A DNA stretch of 64,000 nt. It comes from Arcobacteraceae bacterium (GTDB taxonomy: Bacteria > Campylobacterota > Campylobacteria > Campylobacterales > Arcobacteraceae). The stretch is taken from NCBI GenBank assembly GCA_963676205.2, contig CAXXUS010000001.1, forward strand, positions 79,725 through 143,724, written 5' to 3'. The translations under genes and the position numbers were made by a program. Below, piece after piece: positions 57,651 to 64,000 of this stretch. How positions within the stretch are numbered: position 1 is the first letter of the stretch; each line of letters begins with the position of its first letter. The notes beneath the pieces were generated by a model that worked only from the letters and a program-made list of their open reading frames with translations, made no database searches and was not told where the DNA came from.

Positions 57651-58805
57651 TTAGTTTACAGCTTCAATTGCACCTGTACTATTGTTAAATCTATAAGATT
57701 TTGCATTAGAGTTATATCCAGCTTCTATATTTTCCAGCCCATTTCCAATAGAACCAAATGTTGGTATATTTGCATATGCAGATTTAAATTTTATACCCAT
57801 TATCTTTGAACCTATCTCTGTTATTTTTGAACTTGATAAAATAGATGCATTAGAGATATATGTATTTACCGCAGTTAAAGCTGTAGATACTTTTACGGCA
57901 TCTGTACCTGAAGTTGCATTACAAGTAGTGTAACCGTTATGTGCAATAGCATCTATGATCGCAACACCAACGGTAACTACTATCTCAACAGTTGGCTCAG
58001 GGAAATTAGTCTCCGTCAACATACCTCCACTTGAACTTCTAGCCGTATCTATAGCAGTTTTTATAGTTGTAAGAGTTGTTGTGTTTACTGAGTTTACGAT
58101 ACCTTTTAACATAGATCTTGCTATTAGATTTACAGGCTCACCTGTAGTTGTTCCACTTGTGTAAAGCTCGGTTCCATTAAGAGCACTTAAAGTAGTTGAG
58201 CCTTTCATGATCTTCAATATCCCGTAAGTTGCCAAAGATGACTGTATATTTAAAAGATCGTCACTTGAGATATCTCCAACTTTTTTACTTAGAAGATCAT
58301 TTTTCAAAGGATCACCTAGTATTGTTGTTTCACTCACGATAAATCCACTTAAACTCTCATCGCTCGCTGCTTTATTTAAAATACCCGCGATTTGAGATTC
58401 AGTAAGTCCTTTAGATTGAAATGTAGTGATAGGCGATACTACATCTATAGTTCCGTCAGTTGATACTACACCTGAAATTTCTAAGTCGTATGTCTTACCC
58501 TCATGTGTTCCTTGAGTTTTTATAATAATGTTCTTACCTGATGTTAAACTTGTAGAAAAACTAAAGTTACCGCTGCTATCTGTTGTTGTGGATATAGGCT
58601 CACCTTCATCACAAGTGTTATTATCATTTGTATCTTGGCAAAGAACTGCACCTGATATATAAGGGTCAACAAGTTTACCGCTTATAGTTGTAGTACTTGT
58701 TTCACTGTTTGTTGTACTATCATTGTCACTATCTAAAGGGTTATCACAACCGTTAAATACTACTAATGCTCCACAAAGTAATGCTACCGTACTTAATCTT
58801 TTCAT
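57651..58805 (-). CDS. Ser/Thr-rich lipoprotein (hypothetical)
   Basis: Lipobox VVFNGC after the signal peptide. Thr/Ser-rich linker. Asp/Asn-Cys segment CQDTNDNNTCDEGEP. No enzymatic motif recognised. Confidence 0.55.
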   Translation of the reverse strand: MKRLSTVALLCGALVVFNGCDNPLDSDNDSTTNSETSTTTISGKLVDPYISGAVLCQDTNDNNTCDEGEPISTTTDSSGNFSFSTSLTSGKNIIIKTQGTHEGKTYDLEISGVVSTDGTIDVVSPITTFQSKGLTESQIAGILNKAASDESLSGFIVSETTILGDPLKNDLLSKKVGDISSDDLLNIQSSLATYGILKIMKGSTTLSALNGTELYTSGTTTGEPVNLIARSMLKGIVNSVNTTTLTTIKTAIDTARSSSGGMLTETNFPEPTVEIVVTVGVAIIDAIAHNGYTTCNATSGTDAVKVSTALTAVNTYISNASILSSSKITEIGSKIMGIKFKSAYANIPTFGSIGNGLENIEAGYNSNAKSYRFNNSTGAIEAVN

Positions 58806-58900
58806 CTTCTATCCTTTTATAATGTTGTCATAATAATTATATTTTATCAATATGACTTTATTTGATGTTAAATGTCATTTTTGGCTAATATTATTCTATT

Positions 58901-60682
58901 ATGAGATATATATTAATGATAATGATTCCGATCTTTTTATTCTCAAACAGTTTTGAGTATAAATTATCTTATTTTGAAGATAATAGCTCTTTAAAACTAT
59001 CTCAAATCAAAACAAAACAATTTACTCCAATACAAAATCAATACCTTAACAAAGGTTTTAATTTCAACGATTTTTGGATAAAGATCGAGCTTATAAACTC
59101 TACAGATAAGAATATTAGAAAAATATTTTATTTAGATAATCCAACCGTTGATAAAGTAGACCTATTTGAAAACGATAAATTAAAGATATCTACTGGAGAT
59201 CATAGAGAAGTTTCTAAAAGGGAGTTTAACGATATATATTTTGCATTTGATCTAAATGCACAAAAAGATACGAATACAACATACTATTTAAAGATAAATA
59301 CAACAAATGCTTTTGTTATCAAATTTTATTTAGAAGATCATCAAATATACCAAAAAAACTCAAACTATAAAATGATGTTCTTACTATTTTTCGCAGGTTT
59401 TATTAGCTCTATAATCATATATAATATATTTTTATTTACGATCTTAAAAGATAAAATATACCTATATTATGTGCTATTTCAAATAACTATACTTATGCTC
59501 TTACTCTCTATGAGCGGCCTAGGGATATATTTGATATGGGTTGATAACTTTTCATTTAATGAGTTTATCATAAAAACATTCGATGATCTAACTATTGTGT
59601 TAGGAGTGATATTTTGTAAAAACTTTTTAAATACAAAAAAAAGTTTCCCTAAGCTCAATAAACTTATAAATATAGTGCTTCTTGTTTTAATATATGTGAT
59701 GGTAACACCTTGGGAGTATCACTCACTTCTAGTTAAACCTGTAATGATAGGCTCTATCTTGCTAATTATTCTTATCTCTGCATATGCAGCTATCAAAAAT
59801 ATTTACGGTGCACGTTTATTTTTATTTGGTTGGCTTATTTTAATGGTAGGTGCTATTGTAACTCTTTTAGGAAATTTCGGTGAGATAGATACAAGCTCGA
59901 TAACCTCTTGGAGTTTATATATAGGCTCAATGCTTGAGGCTATAATCTTTTCTATTGCCTTAGCAAGAAAGATCGAGCAGCTAAAACAAGAAAAAGAGCA
60001 TGCACTAAAGATATCTAAAAAACTGCTTCGTAAAAAAGTGAAACAAAAAACAAAACGTTTAAACTCAATGGTTGTTGAGAAAAGCTTATTGTTAAAAGAG
60101 CTAAACCATAGAATTAAAAATAACCTTCAGATCATATCCTCTTTTATAACAATACTCTCAATAAATGAAGAGGATTCAAGGTTTAAACAAAGCCTAAACC
60201 TCCTAAACGATAGGATATTTGCAATAGCTTCGCTTCATAAGTTTTTTTACGACCAAAAACATATTGAGAATATATCAATAAAAAAATATTTCCTGAACCT
60301 TATCGATAACCTAAAATATCTACACTCAAAAGATACAGATATCTCATATGAGCTTGATATCTCTGAAGCTAGTTTAGATATAGACAAACTTACTATCATA
60401 GGTATTATTATAAATGAGCTTATAACAAACTCGATCAAATATGCATTTGAAGGTAAAAAGCAAGGTAGTATCTCTATACTTTTACAAAAGGATGTAGATA
60501 CTTTTACACTAGTTTATAAAGACAACGGTATAGGTTTTGATATCAATAAGAAATACAAAAGCTCCATAGGGATAAATATGGTACAAAGGTTAGCAGTAAA
60601 ACAGTTAAATGCCCAGATAGATATTCAAGCCCAAAATGGTGTATATTATAAGATCGTTTTTAAGGATTTAAAAGATGTATAA
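58901..60682 (+). CDS. 7TM-DISM-type sensor histidine kinase (HisKA_2 core)
   Basis: Extracytoplasmic N-terminal domain. Seven predicted TM helices (~165-355). H-box ELNHRIKNNLQIISSF. ATPase (INELITNSIKYA, DNGIGF). Confidence 0.85.
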   Translation: MRYILMIMIPIFLFSNSFEYKLSYFEDNSSLKLSQIKTKQFTPIQNQYLNKGFNFNDFWIKIELINSTDKNIRKIFYLDNPTVDKVDLFENDKLKISTGDHREVSKREFNDIYFAFDLNAQKDTNTTYYLKINTTNAFVIKFYLEDHQIYQKNSNYKMMFLLFFAGFISSIIIYNIFLFTILKDKIYLYYVLFQITILMLLLSMSGLGIYLIWVDNFSFNEFIIKTFDDLTIVLGVIFCKNFLNTKKSFPKLNKLINIVLLVLIYVMVTPWEYHSLLVKPVMIGSILLIILISAYAAIKNIYGARLFLFGWLILMVGAIVTLLGNFGEIDTSSITSWSLYIGSMLEAIIFSIALARKIEQLKQEKEHALKISKKLLRKKVKQKTKRLNSMVVEKSLLLKELNHRIKNNLQIISSFITILSINEEDSRFKQSLNLLNDRIFAIASLHKFFYDQKHIENISIKKYFLNLIDNLKYLHSKDTDISYELDISEASLDIDKLTIIGIIINELITNSIKYAFEGKKQGSISILLQKDVDTFTLVYKDNGIGFDINKKYKSSIGINMVQRLAVKQLNAQIDIQAQNGVYYKIVFKDLKDV

Positions 60683-61343
60683 AATACTAATAGTTGAAGA
60701 TGAGGAGGTAACTGCATTTGCATTAACAACTCTACTAGAATCTTTAGGCTATGTGGTAACTGACAGCGTAAATAATGCACAAGATGCTTTACAAAGTATT
60801 ATAGATAATTCACCTGATCTAATGATCAGCGATATAATGATCAAAGGTAGTGTTAGCGGTAGTGAACTTGCAAAAGAGGTTTATTTAAAATATAAACTAC
60901 CTATCATATTTCTAACAGCATATTGCGATGATGAGATGATACAATATGCTATCGATGCCAATGCCTGCGGTTATATTATGAAACCCTATAAAGAGCATGA
61001 AATAAAAGCTATGATAAGTCTTGCCGTCCATAAATTAAAAGAGAAAGATAATCTCTGCCATCTTGTAAGTTTTGAGGGTTATAGTTTTGATTTAAACTCA
61101 AACAAACTCTATAAAGATGATCAAGAGATAAAGCTTGGTAAAAAAAGTATCAAACTCTTAAAAGTTTTGACCAAGAACGATACTGCATCTTTTGATACTC
61201 TTATAAATGAACTATGGGATTATGATGATGAAAAAAGTATTGATAAACTACGTCAGCTTGTAAAAAGAACAAAAGAGAAGCTAAATATAACTGCTATTGA
61301 ATCTATCAAAAATATAGGCTATAAGATACACTTAGACACCTAA
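60675..61343 (+). CDS. OmpR/PhoB-type response regulator
   Basis: REC (ILIVEDEE, DLMISDIMI, LTAYCD, IMKPY) plus a winged-helix C-terminus (YSFDLNSNKLYKDDQEIKLGKKSIKLLKVL...IKNIGYKI). Overlaps the kinase stop by 8 nt. Confidence 0.85.
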   Translation: MYKILIVEDEEVTAFALTTLLESLGYVVTDSVNNAQDALQSIIDNSPDLMISDIMIKGSVSGSELAKEVYLKYKLPIIFLTAYCDDEMIQYAIDANACGYIMKPYKEHEIKAMISLAVHKLKEKDNLCHLVSFEGYSFDLNSNKLYKDDQEIKLGKKSIKLLKVLTKNDTASFDTLINELWDYDDEKSIDKLRQLVKRTKEKLNITAIESIKNIGYKIHLDT

Positions 61344-61696
61344 GCTATCTTAACCTCTTCATCCCAAATAACACTTACACCGTATTCTAAGTCAGGTATC
61401 ACATATTTAAAATACTCACCGCTTCCTTTTCTTCCGTGAAGCCTTACTGTAGTTTGTCCCTCACTTAAAAGCTTTTTCATTTCATACTCACTAAAACTTC
61501 TTTTGTTCCATCTTAAAAAAGCGTTTGAGTAAACCATAAAAGTGCAAGTTGAATCAGCAGTAAATACATAAGCTTCACTCTCATCATACTCTTTTTTGGC
61601 ATTTTCACAATGGTAAAGCTTTATCTGTTTACCTTTTGCGGTCATTTTTCTTGAAACTACGTTTGCTCCGCAGTATGGACATTTACCAAGTATCAT
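61340..61696 (-). CDS. Small zinc-ribbon protein resembling a topoisomerase C-terminal repeat
   Basis: GKCPYCGANVV...LYHCEN...CTF, followed by FSEYEMKKLLSEGQTTVRLHGRKG, which resembles the Toprim C-terminal repeat seen in plasmid/ICE topoisomerase III. 118 aa. Confidence 0.5.
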   Translation of the reverse strand: MILGKCPYCGANVVSRKMTAKGKQIKLYHCENAKKEYDESEAYVFTADSTCTFMVYSNAFLRWNKRSFSEYEMKKLLSEGQTTVRLHGRKGSGEYFKYVIPDLEYGVSVIWDEEVKIA

Positions 61697-61815
61697 TTTT
61701 TATTCCTTTCAATAATTCCCTTAGTGAAAGGGAACATTATATTTAAATTACTTCTTTTATCGTAATTTATAAAAAATCACTAAAGAAGCAAACTCTGAAG
61801 AGCGTACGAGTACGC

Positions 61816-62352
61816 TTAATTTATAAAACCTATCTTTCTGGTTTTTTCATTAGCTTCATCTTGTAAATCCTGTATATTTGAAACTACTTGTACCACTTTA
61901 TGCAATAACTCTTTTGTATCTTTGTTATCAACTTCTAATGCTTCAAGCCTTTTGATAATATCATAGTATGGTACGGATTGATTTTTCAGCCTAGTAAAAG
62001 TTCGCATTATAGAGATATTTACCTCTGTTGCTATTTTACTTTTTAAAACCGTTGCGAGCATATAAACGCCTTGCTCAGTAAAAGCTTTTACTTTAGAAGG
62101 ATTAAACTTTAAACTTCTAAGCTTATCACATTTTGTGATAAGCTCATCTTTTTCAAACTCTTCTAACTCAAACATAAAATCACTTGGAAATTTCTCTATA
62201 TTTCTTTTTACTGCTTGATTTAATGATCTTGTTTCAACTTTATAAAGTTCAGCTAAATCTTTATCGATCATCACTTGAATACCTCTAATGATAAATATTT
62301 TATCATTTACTAAGACTTCTTTGATTGTATTTACATCCATAGTATCCTCCAA
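61816..62352 (-). CDS. ORF6N-domain protein (KilA-N-related, phage/mobile-element associated)
   Basis: IFIIRGIQVMIDKDLAELYKVETRSLNQAVKRNIEKFPSDFMFEL...FTEQGVYMLATVLKS is the ORF6N pattern. Coiled C-terminus. Confidence 0.8.
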   Translation of the reverse strand: MEDTMDVNTIKEVLVNDKIFIIRGIQVMIDKDLAELYKVETRSLNQAVKRNIEKFPSDFMFELEEFEKDELITKCDKLRSLKFNPSKVKAFTEQGVYMLATVLKSKIATEVNISIMRTFTRLKNQSVPYYDIIKRLEALEVDNKDTKELLHKVVQVVSNIQDLQDEANEKTRKIGFIN

Positions 62353-62392
62353 GTATTTATGGATTGATTATAATAAATTTTATTTATCTATC

Positions 62393-62417
62393 AAAAAAAT
62401 ATTTCAAATTGAAATAT
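62393..62417 (-). terminator. Weak AT-rich hairpin + T-run just after the 258-aa ORF
   Basis: Minus strand: stop, 2 nt, ATATTTCA-att-TGAAATAT, then T6-7. The stem has a single G:C pair, so stability is low. Confidence 0.35.
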
Positions 62418-62419
62418 AA

Positions 62420-63196
62420 TTACATATTATTTGGGTTAGACATATACTCTTTAAACTGGTTATTTGGTATTTGTGTTTGAGAACCACCTATATTTACAAA
62501 CCCACCATTTCCTAAAACACTTACATCTCCCCCTCTTGTTTGCATATTCATAGCAATCATAGGGGAAGATTGATTCTCTTGAAGCACACTTATATTCTGA
62601 TCGGTATTATAAGCATCTATAGCTTGTGGTAGATTTGGATCATTTTGTGCGGTATTTATGGTATTTGAAGGTTTCTCTTGCCATCTCATATACATATTTG
62701 TATGAGGGCTCATTAATTGTGGTTTACTAATCGTACTAGAACTACTATAAGCATCATATCTGTCTGAACCCCATTCAAGTGCCGTAGGTCCTTCTCCCCA
62801 AGAAGATATAATGGGATAAACATCTTTTTCATTTCTATCAAAATTCTGATTATAATTTTCTCCAAAAGATTTATCATTTTGTGTCATATCATATAGAGCT
62901 TGCCCTCCAGAAATAATTGAATTAGCTATATCCAATCCATCTTTTAGCGGAAATATGACGGTGCTTAATGCGGCTTTTCCTATTTTATTAAGATCTACTT
63001 CCTTATCTTTTTTTGAAAGATTACCAAACTGCTCATCTACTACCGCCCCAAGGTGCATTAGCCTTCCTAAAGCATCGTTTATTCCTGAACCCCTAGCTAC
63101 AAAATTAGAAGCCTTTAATAAAGAGTCTCCTAAATTTGATAATGTATTACTTTTAGGAACTTGTGTTTTACCTTGATTTACGCTATCATTTTCCAC
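62420..63196 (-). CDS. Hydrophilic Asn/Gln/Ser/Gly-rich protein of unknown function
   Basis: 258-aa ORF with GTG start, no signal peptide, no TM, no motif I recognise. Same strand as the flanking accessory genes. Confidence 0.45.
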   Translation of the reverse strand: MENDSVNQGKTQVPKSNTLSNLGDSLLKASNFVARGSGINDALGRLMHLGAVVDEQFGNLSKKDKEVDLNKIGKAALSTVIFPLKDGLDIANSIISGGQALYDMTQNDKSFGENYNQNFDRNEKDVYPIISSWGEGPTALEWGSDRYDAYSSSSTISKPQLMSPHTNMYMRWQEKPSNTINTAQNDPNLPQAIDAYNTDQNISVLQENQSSPMIAMNMQTRGGDVSVLGNGGFVNIGGSQTQIPNNQFKEYMSNPNNM

Positions 63197-63257
63197 TTTA
63201 TCTAAGGAGTTATCTTTGTTAAATGCAATTATATTATCTGGATTAGTTTTAGTTATA

Positions 63258-63758
63258 TTATCTGTTGTAGCCCGCTGTTATAGGTTGGTTTCGTGGTTCT
63301 AAACCTACTTGGGAACTTCCTAAAGAAGAGGAATAACCTGCTTTTAGATCATCAAAGCTTTTATCTAATCTCCACCCTTGATCTGTTTTTTTAACTAAAT
63401 CGTTTTGTTCAAATCTTTTAAAATCCTCTTTACTAATAGACTCTGTTCTGCCATTTATATCCATTACTTTTTCATGACCTTCTATTGTATGCCTAATGTC
63501 ACTTACAGCATCTAATGTATTTTTTAAGTTTTCCCTACCCTCTTTACCAACAACTTTATAAGCAGCCTGAAAATTATCATTTGCCTTTAAGCCTTTTTGA
63601 ATTGTATCTATAACACCGTTCTTTTCATCTGGCTTAGTCTCCTTTTGACTTTCTGCTTGCTTTATAGCATCACTAACACCTGCATCACCGTTTGAAGCAA
63701 GTCTAGGTAAACCTTGACTATTAAAAGAGCCGTCTTTACTATTTAATAGTTTATCCAT
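63258..63758 (-). CDS. Hydrophilic protein of unknown function
   Basis: 166-aa ORF. Charged and Lys/Asp/Gly-rich, no signal peptide or TM, no recognisable motif and no clear RBS. Confidence 0.4.
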   Translation of the reverse strand: MDKLLNSKDGSFNSQGLPRLASNGDAGVSDAIKQAESQKETKPDEKNGVIDTIQKGLKANDNFQAAYKVVGKEGRENLKNTLDAVSDIRHTIEGHEKVMDINGRTESISKEDFKRFEQNDLVKKTDQGWRLDKSFDDLKAGYSSSLGSSQVGLEPRNQPITAGYNR

Positions 63759-63888
63759 ATACTTAGCATCTGCTTGGGCTTTATATTGGATATTAATTAA
63801 AAAATATGATTAGAAGTTTTAGGTAAATAAATTAATCTAAAAGTATATATTGAGATTTGAGTATTGTTATGGTATGAAGAAAGAGTCC

Positions 63889-64000
63889 TTAAAGGAACTC
63901 TTTTTTATAAACCTCTTCATCAAAGGCTACAAGCACTTTAGAGTTGTATTCTATCACGGGTCTTTTTATAAGCATATTCTCTTTAGCAAGCCACTCTTGC
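63889..64000 (-). CDS. 3' end of an ArsC/Spx/YffB-family protein gene (partial, runs off the right edge)
   Basis: My minus-strand translation ...QEWLAKENMLIKRPVIEYNSKVLVAFDEEVYKKEFL* matches the C-terminal LIKRP-V/I...G/AF pattern of the family. Confidence 0.45.
   Translation of the reverse strand, partial: QEWLAKENMLIKRPVIEYNSKVLVAFDEEVYKKEFL

Noticed and set aside
62420-63758. Possibility that the 166-aa and 258-aa ORFs are one gene split by a frameshift.
   Set aside because: I traced the downstream frame upstream of its GTG. It hits TAA about 9 nt before the upstream gene's own stop, so the overlap of open frames is only a few codons. Nothing suggests a slippery site.
1-64000. Search for CRISPR arrays, tRNA/rRNA genes, long tandem repeats and homopolymeric G/C phase-variation tracts.
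   Set aside because: Reading through the window I found no regularly spaced direct repeats, no GC-rich cloverleaf-like islands and no G or C run of 8 or more. Only A/T runs occur, which are unremarkable in this composition. A tRNAscan/Infernal pass would be needed to exclude small RNAs formally.

Overview
Visibly AT-rich chromosomal segment whose gene content and synteny point to Campylobacterota (epsilonproteobacteria), by eye closest to a free-living or marine arcobacter/sulfurimonad type. No search was run.

Most of the window is tightly packed housekeeping: xseA, ubiE, hemH, rnhA-rnc-aroC, purE, glyQ, waaA, tpx, atpB, ilvA, bioD, hom. An unusually dense signalling repertoire is interleaved with it: six sensor histidine kinases, four receiver proteins, a soluble TlpD-like chemoreceptor, CheW, a CetB-like PAS protein and a PAS-EAL protein. 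Scattered flagellar genes are also present (fliD, fliW, an HP0958-like protein, an FlgJ/Bax-like glucosaminidase).

Two accessory patches stand out:
- About 26.9-33.2 kb: a MazEF-type toxin-antitoxin pair, a decayed outer-membrane protein gene, an IS110/IS1111-family element with long structured non-coding arms, and a MutS7-type MutS-HNH fusion.
- About 61.3-63.8 kb: an ORF6N protein, a zinc-ribbon protein and two domain-less hydrophilic proteins.

An ovoA/C-S lyase pair (ovothiol pathway) sits divergent from a haem-c sensor kinase.

No rRNA, tRNA or CRISPR array was recognised. All calls rest on motif recognition by eye plus the supplied ORF track. No database search, fold prediction or statistics was run.
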